A stretch of DNA of 64,000 bases from an uncultured Candidatus Saccharibacteria bacterium (GTDB lineage: Bacteria; Patescibacteriota; Minisyncoccia; Phycocordibacterales; UBA2100), in contig CAYNRJ010000001.1 in the NCBI GenBank assembly GCA_964399865.1, forward strand, positions 202,050 through 266,049, in the 5' to 3' direction. The notes beneath the pieces are model-generated. The model had not been told where the DNA came from. It worked only from the letters and a program-made list of their open reading frames with translations, and made no database searches. Made by a program: the position numbers and the translations under genes. This document shows, piece by piece, positions 19,215 through 28,233 of this stretch. The stretch's first letter is position 1. Each line of letters begins with the position of its first letter.

Positions 19215-19256
19215 TGAAATTGGATATGCTGCCTGCAGGCAGCATATCCAATTTCA
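19215..19256. repeat. Perfect 42 bp palindrome with no spacer
   Basis: TGAAATTGGATATGCTGCCTG|CAGGCAGCATATCCAATTTCA. Confidence 0.95.
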
Positions 19257-19435
19257 TGTGCGGAGTCAATGAAATTAGCACCAAAAATTGCACTCCGAGC
19301 AAGAATTTTGAGGAAATTGAGATCGATGATGTGTTGGAAAACATACGAATACTCTTGAATTATATCAAAAAGCGTAGGGAGTTGCAGTCGCGTGCGCGCA
19401 TGGGTGGGTGGGGCAAGCACGCATGGGTTCTGGGG

Positions 19436-19750
19436 CCCCTCTCTCCCCGCCAAAAAATCTGCATTTGCATTTCTTCAAAAAATCTTCGGCTTGAATTTGC
19501 ATCCCGCATCAAAAATCTTCCGGCACGGCGCATCCTCTCTACGCGGCGCTTCGCGCCGCGCGCCAAAATCCCGATTCTTCGGGCTCTCTCCAACTCTGGG
19601 CTCATCTCTACGAATTCGCTCGAACCTATTTTACTCTGAATTCCTGATGTTCGCGCGCCTTCGGCGCGCTCTCCCTCGCCCCGCCGCTTCTCATGCACTA
19701 TTTATTTTCGCGGGGGTGGGTTCCAAAAAGGAATGGGCGGCGGCGCGAGG
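19436..19750 (+). repeat. Internal inverted attP-like site: arm A (inverted copy of 16699-16859) joined via GCTC to arm B (inverted copy of 22798-22948)
   Basis: 19519-19603 matches the reverse complement of the left end with 1 mismatch; 19600-19750 matches the reverse complement of 22798-22948 with 1 mismatch. Confidence 0.9.
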
Positions 19751-19883
19751 GATATTCAAAATAGTATCCAAAGTTATCCACTTTTCAGAACTGTTCACTC
19801 TCGAGAACAAGATATACAATAAGCGTCCGTCTGAGTACCTCCACGTCTTTGCAGCCGGATTTATAGGCTTAATAAGGAAAAGT

Positions 19884-20255
19884 ATGGAATTACCACAAAA
19901 AGTCGTGGACATTCTTTTGAATGCGGACAGCAAAGCGCTCGCAACCACGGGACCGGAGGGACTCAATGTTGTCCCGGTCTCAACCATCACTCTCGTCGAT
20001 GATAAAATATGGCTCATGAATTACTTCTTTAAAAAAACACTTGCGAACATTCTCGCCGAGCCTTCCGTGTCGCTCGTCGGTTGGAAGGGATTTGAGGGAT
20101 ACCAAATACAAGGGCGCGTGGAGTACTGCGACAAAGGCGCTACATTCGAAGAGGCGCGGCAGTGGGTTAAAGAGCGACTTCCGGACCGGGTCTTGAAAGG
20201 ACTTCTCATCATGACGCCGCAGAACGTACACGACGTCTCTCCTACCGCTGCCTAA
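19884..20255 (+). CDS. Pyridoxamine 5'-phosphate oxidase-like FMN-binding protein
   Basis: ALATT, NVVPV, KTLANI..P.VSL and GYQIQG motifs; start at MELPQ after AAGGAA. Confidence 0.85.
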   Translation: MELPQKVVDILLNADSKALATTGPEGLNVVPVSTITLVDDKIWLMNYFFKKTLANILAEPSVSLVGWKGFEGYQIQGRVEYCDKGATFEEARQWVKERLPDRVLKGLLIMTPQNVHDVSPTAA

Positions 20256-20261
20256 GTAATT

Positions 20262-20963
20262 ATGAATGCACAGCTCCACGAATACCAAGTGCTTGCTAAG
20301 CGGCTCGAGACGCCAAGTACCTCTACACTAAAACTGCGGCGGCTTAATGGCTCTATTCCAAAATTCCGTGCAGGTCAATACATCACAGTCTACTTTCCCG
20401 ACATTGACCCCGTGCTTGGCAAAGAGTATACGATCTCAAGTTCACCGAGAGAAGAGGAATTCAACATTACCGTCAAAGCAATCGGTAGATACTCGAAGCG
20501 GTTGTGTTCGCTCAATGCAGGTGACACGTTTCTTGCTTCAGGGGCACAGGGGCGTTTCTACCCAGAAGATACTCATTCTGTCTGCATGATAGCAGGCGGT
20601 ATGGGCGTAACACCGTTCCGGAGCATCATACTTGAAACGACGCGGAGTAAATGCCGCGGCGATATACAGCTCTTGTATAGTGGACGATATTCCTTCGACA
20701 TGCCCTTTAGCGAAGAACTCTACCGCATTTCTTGCAAACTACCTTCATTTAAATTTAGGCGATTTGTTACGCGAGACGCAGCGATTCCAAGGGGCGCAAA
20801 GAGCCATCGAATGCGCGCCGAGGATGTTCTCGATACAAAAGAGAGTACAATGTCGCGCGAATACCTTATCAGTGGCTCTCTCGCGTTCGTCTGTGATGTA
20901 AAAGGATTGTTATCTTCTATCTCTGTACCCTCGGAGCGTATTCTTACAGAAGTATGTTTCTAA
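20262..20963 (+). CDS. Ferredoxin-NAD(P) reductase family FAD oxidoreductase
   Basis: FRAGQY, EYTISSSP and MIAGGMGVTPFRS motifs. Confidence 0.85.
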   Translation: MNAQLHEYQVLAKRLETPSTSTLKLRRLNGSIPKFRAGQYITVYFPDIDPVLGKEYTISSSPREEEFNITVKAIGRYSKRLCSLNAGDTFLASGAQGRFYPEDTHSVCMIAGGMGVTPFRSIILETTRSKCRGDIQLLYSGRYSFDMPFSEELYRISCKLPSFKFRRFVTRDAAIPRGAKSHRMRAEDVLDTKESTMSREYLISGSLAFVCDVKGLLSSISVPSERILTEVCF

Positions 20964-22312
20964 AAATCAGTACAGGTGTTGCCGTGTTTGCTATCTTAGG
21001 TATGGGTGTCGTAATTTCGTATTTTGGACTTGAAAATCTCATTACCTTCTTCCCTTTCATCTACTATTCAGTGATACAGGGCATTGCTATCACGGTTGCA
21101 GTGGTCGCCCTTTCCTTTTTTGTGCTTCGCGTTGTGTACCGCATGCACTCGAAACTCCTCGCAATCACGCTTGGCGTGATTGTTGTAGCGGGACTTCTCT
21201 ATATGTGGGCGGACAAAACGTACTCCCCGCACTTTGCGATGCCAGCTTTTATGCACGTCTATCATCCGGGAGGACACCTCCCCGATTTGCCGTTCAAGAA
21301 TGTCGTCACATTCATCAAAAACTTCAGGAATTTCGAGTATGTAGACGATATCGGCGCAGACCCGAACGATGTGCCGCCGCCAATTACCCGCAATTGGAGC
21401 GAGACAGTAAAGATTTCTTTCACCGCGCAAGAAGTGATTGCAGAGGTTGCAGAAGGTGTGTATTTCAACTACTGGACGTTTAATAAGCAAGTGCCGGGTC
21501 CAATGCTTCGAGTGCGCGAAGGTGACACTATAGAAATGACTATCACCAACCATCCGTCAAGCCTCCATCCGCATAATATCGACCTTCACGCAGTTACTGG
21601 TCCTGGAGGTGGCGCGACACTTTCGCGTGTCGAGCCGGGAGAAACAAAGGGGTTCACGTGGAAAGCGCTTCAGCCTGGTCTCTACATTTACCATTGCGCG
21701 ACGCCAAATGTGAGCACACATAACTCGCATGGGCAGTATGGTCTCATTCTTGTTGAGCCGAAGGAAGGACTTCCGCCTGTTGATAAAGAATTTTACCTTG
21801 TGCAGGGAGAACTCTACACGAAAGGTGCGATCGGAAAGAAGGGACTTACCATATTCGACGGCAATGCGCTTCTCGACGGGCTGCCGAACTACGTGACGTT
21901 CAACGGTCGTATTGAAACAGATGGCAATCCCCGCATGAAAGTGAATACGGGAGACAAAGTGCGCATTTTCGTCGGCAACGGCGGCGTCAATCTCATCTCT
22001 AGTTTCCACCCCATCGGCGAGATATGGGACTCCGTGTATCCGGAGGGCGGCATTGGCGGTCCTATAAACAAAAATATCCAAACGACCGCAGTTCTTCCGG
22101 GTGGAGCAAGTATTGTTGAATTTGTTGCGGAAGTGCCGGGAAACATTGTACTTGTTGACCACGCGCTTGCTCGCATGAACAAAGGAGCATGGGCAATTAT
22201 TGAAGTTGAGGGTAGTCCTCGTCCGGATATCTATGCGCCAACCGACGGGTTTGAGGGGTCTTCAGAATCGTATGGTACTGAAGCGACGCACGAAAAATCG
22301 CATCAGAAATAG
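20954..22312 (+). CDS. nirK: Copper-containing nitrite reductase with N-terminal TM helices
   Basis: PHNIDLHAVTGPGGG, YHCA..H, SSFHPIGE and LVDHAL motifs. Confidence 0.92.
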   Translation: MFLKISTGVAVFAILGMGVVISYFGLENLITFFPFIYYSVIQGIAITVAVVALSFFVLRVVYRMHSKLLAITLGVIVVAGLLYMWADKTYSPHFAMPAFMHVYHPGGHLPDLPFKNVVTFIKNFRNFEYVDDIGADPNDVPPPITRNWSETVKISFTAQEVIAEVAEGVYFNYWTFNKQVPGPMLRVREGDTIEMTITNHPSSLHPHNIDLHAVTGPGGGATLSRVEPGETKGFTWKALQPGLYIYHCATPNVSTHNSHGQYGLILVEPKEGLPPVDKEFYLVQGELYTKGAIGKKGLTIFDGNALLDGLPNYVTFNGRIETDGNPRMKVNTGDKVRIFVGNGGVNLISSFHPIGEIWDSVYPEGGIGGPINKNIQTTAVLPGGASIVEFVAEVPGNIVLVDHALARMNKGAWAIIEVEGSPRPDIYAPTDGFEGSSESYGTEATHEKSHQK

Positions 22313-22797
22313 GGAGCCCGCCGCGAATCCTCTCTGCCTCTCGCGGCGGTTTGTGCGCGCACGGGACGGGTGGGGCAAGCACAAGGCCAGACAGAGCCGA
22401 GGTGCATTTCCGCTAGGGCGTCCACGCCCTTGGATGAGCGCCGCCGTTCTCTTGCAAAACAGAATCAAGAATCTTGAGAAAGACGCGGACATGAAAACGA
22501 GGATGGGGGTTGGCGACGACGGTTGGCCGAGCCCTGCCCAGCTCTGCTGGGTGCGCCGCGAAGCGGACGCACGAGGCGAGGAGGAGCTGGGGGGAGGAAC
22601 CCTTTCTCCCCCCAAACAGATGCGTGCCCGAGCCAGCCGCCCGCAGGCGGCACTGGTGAGGAAAAGCACGCTACCTAGACATCTAGGCGCGAGTAGCCCT
22701 AGCGGAAATGTCCGAGGCGGATGCCGAGGATGGACCCCATGGGCTGGACGCATACCATGGCGGTATGAACGAAGGCACCATATTGGATTTGTATTTA

Positions 22798-22948
22798 CCT
22801 CGCCCCGCCGCCCATTCCTTTTTGGAACCCACCCCCGCGAAAATAAATAGTGCATGAGAAGCGGCGGGGCGAGGGAGAGCGCGCCGAAGGCGCGCGAACA
22901 TCAGGAATTCAGAGTAAAATAGGTTCGAGCGAATTCGTAGAGATGAGC
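22798..22948 (-). repeat. Arm B / attR, inverted repeat of 19600-19750
   Basis: 151 bp with 1 mismatch by manual comparison. Confidence 0.9.
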
Positions 22949-22983
22949 TGACAAGGTTTGAAAAAAGTGTCATAGTTTCTCTT

Positions 22984-23415
22984 ATGTCGCAGAGGTTTGT
23001 TACGCTGATAATTAACTACTCGGCACTATATATTCCAATAGTCGGAGTCCTTCTGTTTTCAGAGCAAGGAAATTTCATACTTATATTCTCAATTTGCTAT
23101 TGGGCAATAATGCTTCCGATGTTCTTGCTGGATTATTTCGGGTCCAGCATCAAACTTGCTGAGGATAGGCTAATTGGCCATTTTTATTTCCTCTTTAAGG
23201 TTTCTGTGCCGTTGGACAAGATTATTTCTATTGAGAATGGCTACGCGCCAGGCATATTGGGGAGGCCAGCGAGCGTCGTTGTTAAGTATCGCAAAGGATC
23301 TAAGGAGGTGCGCTGGGATATGCTACGAGAGGATTACACCGACGAAGCGCTGAGAGATTTTTTAGGGCGACTAGCAACAAAGCGAACGGATCTACACATA
23401 CCTAATCTTACATAA
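22984..23415 (+). CDS. Two-TM membrane protein with PH-like soluble domain
   Basis: Two hydrophobic helices then a VPLDKIISIE-type beta domain; low GC. Confidence 0.65.
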   Translation: MSQRFVTLIINYSALYIPIVGVLLFSEQGNFILIFSICYWAIMLPMFLLDYFGSSIKLAEDRLIGHFYFLFKVSVPLDKIISIENGYAPGILGRPASVVVKYRKGSKEVRWDMLREDYTDEALRDFLGRLATKRTDLHIPNLT

Positions 23416-23519
23416 TTCAGTTCCAATCTCGTCCCATACGCGGAGCTTCAAAATATACAGACGTGCCGAATGGGACGTTTTGCATTTTTGACCCCGAGTG
23501 GATTCAAATCATTGTGTGA

Positions 23520-23539
23520 GAATCCTACCCGGGGAGCCA
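23520..23539 (+). repeat. Displaced tRNA-Asn 3' end with CCA
   Basis: GAATCCTACCCGGGGAGCC identical to 16685-16703, followed by A and a terminator-like hairpin. Confidence 0.9.
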
Positions 23540-23595
23540 TCAAAATGACCTTGTTTTGCAAGGTCTTTTTTGTATGACCCTGATAGGGTTCGGAA

Positions 23596-24132
23596 CTACA
23601 TCAATACATCCAAAACTTTTTTTATGTTTTTTTCTCGTGTCGCTTCCTTCTTAGAATTGAGCAAAGTCTCTAAATACATCCTCTTATTACTTCTACTGAG
23701 AGCTTCCCATTTCTCTTCCAATTTGAGTTTTCGTAACACTATTCTTAAATCTCTTGGCAAAATTAGATTTTCAACTTCATTTAAAGCATCCCACATGCCA
23801 GTCTTTTTTGCGGAAGCAACAACAGCAAGACCAGAAGGTTGCATTTTTCTCTCTTTAACAAGACGCTTGATATTCTCTTTATTTACCCTGCTCCATTTAC
23901 TCTTAGGGTTTCTTGGAGAAATTCGTATCTTTGTCTTAGTATCGTCTACTTTTCCAACCACACTATCAACCCAACCAAAACACAGACAATAATCTACGAT
24001 TGTCTGTTTAGCTAAATCACCTAACTTTAAGCTAGGTTTGTAATACACAAGCCAGATACTTTTATTCTCCTTATGGTTTTTCTGCAACCAATTCCATAAG
24101 TCTTTTTTATTTTTACAGAGCACTTCTTCCAT
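23596..24132 (-). CDS. YdeI/OmpD-associated family protein
   Basis: LCFGWVDS, SPRNPKSKWSRVNK and MQPSG motifs. Confidence 0.85.
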   Translation of the reverse strand: MEEVLCKNKKDLWNWLQKNHKENKSIWLVYYKPSLKLGDLAKQTIVDYCLCFGWVDSVVGKVDDTKTKIRISPRNPKSKWSRVNKENIKRLVKERKMQPSGLAVVASAKKTGMWDALNEVENLILPRDLRIVLRKLKLEEKWEALSRSNKRMYLETLLNSKKEATREKNIKKVLDVLM

Positions 24133-24297
24133 ATCAGGTATTATATTAAAATTAGTTCTGAAATACAGGATTTGAAAGCATCTCAAAAATCTTGGAAACT
24201 TCTGAATCTCTTTTGATTGCAGTCCAGTTTAAGGTTCTGAACTCGTCCAGCAGTCGGAGCAAAGAGCTAGAACCAGACCAGATGGTAAAATATCCCT

Positions 24298-24492
24298 ATG
24301 CGCATCACATCAGGTTTTAGAAAACTTATGCCTTCCATTTTAGGCGGTGCAGTTGGTATTGCTGCAGTTATCTACGGAGGCAAAGATGATAGCCCGGGAC
24401 TTCAGCTCATTGGACTAGTGATATTTATTGTCTCGATGGTAATTATGATCAAAACGAGACGAAAGATTACCTGTGATATAGAAAGTGAGTAG
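24298..24492 (+). CDS. Small two-TM protein
   Basis: Hydrophobic helices around GGKDDSPGLQLIG. Confidence 0.6.
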   Translation: MRITSGFRKLMPSILGGAVGIAAVIYGGKDDSPGLQLIGLVIFIVSMVIMIKTRRKITCDIESE

Positions 24493-24849
24493 ATGGTTTA
24501 TACTTTTAGTATGTGGATTAGTAGCCGCTACCTGTATTGGGGGTTAGCACTTGCACTGCCTTTTCTCATCGCGAATGCGCTTGTCAGGATGCAAGCACAA
24601 TTTTTCCTTACATTCATTCGTCCACTCGGGGGAACCACGCGCTTTGAGCAATATCTTGTGCTTGCCCTCATCGCCCTCGTGGGTGTCGGTGGTCTGGTCT
24701 CGCTCGTACCAATCTTGAAAGAAAGGCGTTTCTATATAGTGAACGCGATCGTCGGCGTAGCGTTTATCGCCTTCGCGATTTTTGCAGGGCACGGAATCGG
24801 TTACGATTTCTACAACTGCGACATACTCAAGATCCCGAACTGCGATTGA
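24493..24849 (+). CDS. Membrane protein with C-terminal CxxxxxPNCD
   Basis: Three TM segments. Confidence 0.65.
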   Translation: MVYTFSMWISSRYLYWGLALALPFLIANALVRMQAQFFLTFIRPLGGTTRFEQYLVLALIALVGVGGLVSLVPILKERRFYIVNAIVGVAFIAFAIFAGHGIGYDFYNCDILKIPNCD

Positions 24850-24941
24850 GAGCAACCACACGACTACACAATTTGTCGTTATTAAAGCCAGGCCTCAATT
24901 CCAAGTATCAAGTACAGTAAGCGAGATGCTACTATAATGAA

Positions 24942-26141
24942 ATGGATGTTATCTCCGGCATCTTTTCTTGGCTCGTTAACGTAGCTTCTACTCTGTTGAT
25001 CACTCTAGGCGTCGTTTCAGCTCCTGTTTCTTTGCTACCCGAAACACAGTCAATCGCGGCGGCCACAAGCACTACACAAGCTGAAACTCTGGAAGAAATG
25101 ATAACGGTCAGTCCGACGAGTACTGCCGCAATACCTCCATCCAAGGATTCTCCAAAGAAAGGTCCCTCACATGCTTCTAAGGAACTAGAACCAGAAATAG
25201 CGCCGCTGTTGGAACCTGTGAAGGTTGCAGAAGCAAAAAAAGACGTGTCGCTACAAGCGGCCTCTGAAAGAGCTCGGTCTGTTCTTGTTAACATCCAATG
25301 CCAGTCAAGATATAACACCATTGGAAAATCTACTGGAAGCGGCGTGCTAATTGATCCAAAAGGCATTATTGTAACAAACGCCCACGTGGCGCAATATTTT
25401 CTTTTAGACGAGGAGGTCGCAGATACTGATTGCATAATTCGTACAGGAAGTCCTGCAGCTCCCGCATACGATGCAGAATTGATATTCCTTTCGCCGCAAT
25501 GGTTGGGACGTCATGCACTATCCTTCTCACAAGCGTGGTCGGCAGTTAATGGAGATTACGATTATGCATTTCTAATTATTACTAAGAGCCTGACGGATGA
25601 ACCGTTACCAACGGCATTCCCCTATGTCACTCTGGCCACTGATCAGGTATCCGTAGGTGAGCAAGTTGTTATTGCCGGATATGCCGCTGAATTTTTATCA
25701 GAAGATTTGATCGATCACACACTGTACCCGACCGTTGTGTACGGGAGCGTGAAAAGCGTCCAGTCGTTCGCCGGATCGAATGCGGACGTGCTTCAGTTGG
25801 GAGGTAGTGCAGCCGCACAAGCAGGTTCGTCTGGCGGAGCTATTCTTGGCGCTGATGGGACCTTGCGAGGCATGCTCACTCTAGGATCAAGACAGGAAAG
25901 CACCGAGGAACGGACTTTCGCTGGTATTTCCGCTGATTACATCCGCCGCACGTATGAAAAAGAGGAAGGCAAATTACTAAGCAGCCTCTTAGAAATGGAC
26001 GCACGCTCTGCAGTCAATGCCTTCAAATGGCGTATCCCCGACTTAGCGCGACCTTTGATCAAAAATCTAAACAATCCAAACTTCTATTTTTTCTGCGGTA
26101 CTCCCGAACAACCCTGCCCTCCCGATGCAATTATAATTTGA
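24942..26141 (+). CDS. Membrane-anchored trypsin-like serine protease
   Basis: GSGVLI, TNAHV, DYA and GSSGG catalytic motifs. Confidence 0.88.
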   Translation: MDVISGIFSWLVNVASTLLITLGVVSAPVSLLPETQSIAAATSTTQAETLEEMITVSPTSTAAIPPSKDSPKKGPSHASKELEPEIAPLLEPVKVAEAKKDVSLQAASERARSVLVNIQCQSRYNTIGKSTGSGVLIDPKGIIVTNAHVAQYFLLDEEVADTDCIIRTGSPAAPAYDAELIFLSPQWLGRHALSFSQAWSAVNGDYDYAFLIITKSLTDEPLPTAFPYVTLATDQVSVGEQVVIAGYAAEFLSEDLIDHTLYPTVVYGSVKSVQSFAGSNADVLQLGGSAAAQAGSSGGAILGADGTLRGMLTLGSRQESTEERTFAGISADYIRRTYEKEEGKLLSSLLEMDARSAVNAFKWRIPDLARPLIKNLNNPNFYFFCGTPEQPCPPDAIII

Positions 26142-26212
26142 GAACGTCATAACTGTTGCCCGGTCTTAATAATACAGAGCCTCACATCTTTGCGCATATG
26201 TAAGATCTAAAT

Positions 26213-26395
26213 ATGACATCAAAATCTAAACTGTATGGAATTGCATCTGTATTACTTATTGAAGCGCTCGTATTCCTTGGAGTAACCTGGTGGATAAACG
26301 GTCGCGACGATACATGGTTCTACGCAATTTGCGTAATAACCATTCTGACATCATTTGTCCCGATACTCTCTAAAAAGAGCAGGGGCAAAGATTAG
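26213..26395 (+). CDS. Small two-TM protein
   Basis: Hydrophobic 60 aa ORF. Confidence 0.5.
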   Translation: MTSKSKLYGIASVLLIEALVFLGVTWWINGRDDTWFYAICVITILTSFVPILSKKSRGKD

Positions 26396-26436
26396 TAACA
26401 AATGGGGCTTCTCGATGTTCGCATCGGATTGTTATA

Positions 26437-26805
26437 TTACTTACGCAAAATTTTCTCCATCTTCCTCCCCTTCGCTAATTCATCGATCAATTTATCGAGG
26501 TAGCGAATTTCCCTCATGGTCGGATCTTTTATGTCCTCTAGCCTAACCCCGCAGATCACCCCGGTGATGAGAGAGCGAGCAGGGTTTAAGTGCGGCGCTG
26601 TCGCATAAAAGGTTTCTAAATCAGTTTCCTTTTTCAGCTCTTTCTTTAATGATTCCTGACTGTGCCCAGTGAACCATCGTATGACCTGATCTACTTCCTT
26701 TTTAGTCCGTCCTTTTCTTTTTGCTTTTTCGACGTATAGCGGATAGATTCTCGCAAAACTCATTGTATAGATACGATGCTTTTTCGCGGGATCTGCCTCC
26801 TTCAT
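26437..26805 (-). CDS. DUF2200 family protein
   Basis: [13 protein letters not shown]...ITGVICGVR...[12 protein letters not shown]. Confidence 0.9.
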   Translation of the reverse strand: MKEADPAKKHRIYTMSFARIYPLYVEKAKRKGRTKKEVDQVIRWFTGHSQESLKKELKKETDLETFYATAPHLNPARSLITGVICGVRLEDIKDPTMREIRYLDKLIDELAKGRKMEKILRK

Positions 26806-26969
26806 ATACTTTTCTTGATTTTAACACGATGAGCCCTGTATAATTCTTTATGCGTAAAAAGGGTTAGCGTTCGCAATCCTTACTATCCTAGAGAAAACGC
26901 TCTCAAAATTGAGTGGTGGGATGCGCAGACCGTGCTGTTGGGCCGGTTGTACACATCGCTAGATGATTC

Positions 26970-27296
26970 TTAGCGCGAAAGCCTTGATCTCAGCATTTCC
27001 GCGATATTAAGGCGGCTAGCTCCCCCTCCTCCAAAGCCACCGGACCCTCCGCTTCCTGCACTTGCTCCTCCGTTGTTACTAGATCCCCCGGTTGACGAAA
27101 TACTGCCGCCATTTCCGCTCGGTGCGCCGCCGCCACTACCGCCGTTTCCACCATTCCCGGCATGAGCGCCACCATTATTATCATTCCCTGGACCCGCGAT
27201 CACTGATCCTCCGTTTCCGCCTGAAGCAGCAAATGCCGGGGTCGCCGAGAGTGTTGTAATAACCAAAATTGAGATAACGAATATTTTCTTAACCAT
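26970..27296 (-). CDS. Secreted glycine-rich protein
   Basis: Signal peptide ending PAFA, followed by GGNGG repeats. Confidence 0.65.
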   Translation of the reverse strand: MVKKIFVISILVITTLSATPAFAASGGNGGSVIAGPGNDNNGGAHAGNGGNGGSGGGAPSGNGGSISSTGGSSNNGGASAGSGGSGGFGGGGASRLNIAEMLRSRLSR

Positions 27297-27388
27297 ATGG
27301 AAATACATTACAACAAGAGTGAAATGGCATTCCACTCTATTTTGTGTCGTAGAATGCGACTCTCATCGTTGGAAAATAGCTTCACACT

Positions 27389-28186
27389 TTAACTTCGCAG
27401 GAGTTTGTTTCGATAGATAATTGAAACGAGCGCAAAGCTCAAAATGAGGAGGAGGAACCACGAGCCAATCTTGTTAATGGAGACAAGTTGCCAGTACTCC
27501 GCTTGATTTGGATAACGCCATATTTGTGTGAAAGTCCCGATATTCTCAGCGATCCAGACGAAGAGCGAAGTTAATAGCACCGTGAGGAGAAACGGCATTG
27601 TCCGCTCCTTACGGTACACTTGAAAATGCACTTTCGTTTTGAAGAAAATTACTAGTACATACACAAACAGCAGATAGCGAATGTCGTAGAAATAATGGTG
27701 CGTGAAGAAGTTGAAATAAATGAGAGCCGCAAGTATCCAGAGATGGAAATAGGCCGGGAAATTCTCATATGAGAGCTTAAGAAATGTGAACGCACGCGAA
27801 ATATAACTTCCTATCGCCGAATACAGGAAACCCGTAAAGAGCGGCACCGTACCAATTGCGAAGACTGAAGTTCCTACAGCCGGGTATACCCACGAACCGA
27901 TATCTGGATGCGTCTTAAAGAGCTCCATTCCTGTTGCCAATATATGAAAGAGGAAGATGATGAAAAATTCCTTTAGCGTTTCCAATCGAAATATCAATGC
28001 ACATAGCTGAAATAAGACTGCAGCAATAAAAATGAAATCGTAACGGCTGATCCAAGGAATGGTAATGATCTCAGTAAGGAGGAATGTCGAGAGGAGAAAC
28101 GCGCCAAAATAGGTCGCCTTTAGATTTGCGAGGAAAAAATACCACAGCTCGATAAAATGAGTTCGCACCCTTTTATTATGCACCAT
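27389..28186 (-). CDS. DUF817 family membrane protein
   Basis: RYDF, MELFK, VPLFTGFLY and WIAENIGTF motifs. Confidence 0.85.
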   Translation of the reverse strand: MVHNKRVRTHFIELWYFFLANLKATYFGAFLLSTFLLTEIITIPWISRYDFIFIAAVLFQLCALIFRLETLKEFFIIFLFHILATGMELFKTHPDIGSWVYPAVGTSVFAIGTVPLFTGFLYSAIGSYISRAFTFLKLSYENFPAYFHLWILAALIYFNFFTHHYFYDIRYLLFVYVLVIFFKTKVHFQVYRKERTMPFLLTVLLTSLFVWIAENIGTFTQIWRYPNQAEYWQLVSINKIGSWFLLLILSFALVSIIYRNKLLRS

Positions 28187-28233
28187 GTGCTCTGGAAAGC
28201 CGCGCTCGATGCCTTTATCCGTCCGTGATTAAT

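Larger units (their letters stand above)
16699..22948. mobile_element. Serine-recombinase integrative element at the tRNA-Asn 3' end (attL core GAGC 16699-16702, attR core GAGC 22945-22948)
   Basis: Recombinase gene abuts the tRNA; the two end arms occur joined as one site at 19436-19750. Confidence 0.8.

Noticed and set aside
19214-19390. ORF 19214-19639 as a functional gene
   Set aside because: It starts in the palindrome and runs into repeat DNA; at most a short C-terminal remnant.
19392-19883. Long N-terminal extension of the 287 aa ORF 19392-20255
   Set aside because: It reads through the attP-like repeat, and the same peptide appears in ORF 22683-22973; the real start is MELPQ at 19884.
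22200-22973. ORFs of 216, 197 and 96 aa
   Set aside because: Arg/Pro/Gly-rich frames typical of GC-rich non-coding or repeat DNA, with no motifs.
23520-23539. tRNA 3' duplication as attR of the recombinase element
   Set aside because: The joined A-B site points to 22945-22948 as attR; this repeat fits a separate older insertion better, though it is not fully excluded.
26970-27296. Repetitive CCGCC-rich DNA as a repeat array
   Set aside because: Explained by Gly codons of a secreted protein.
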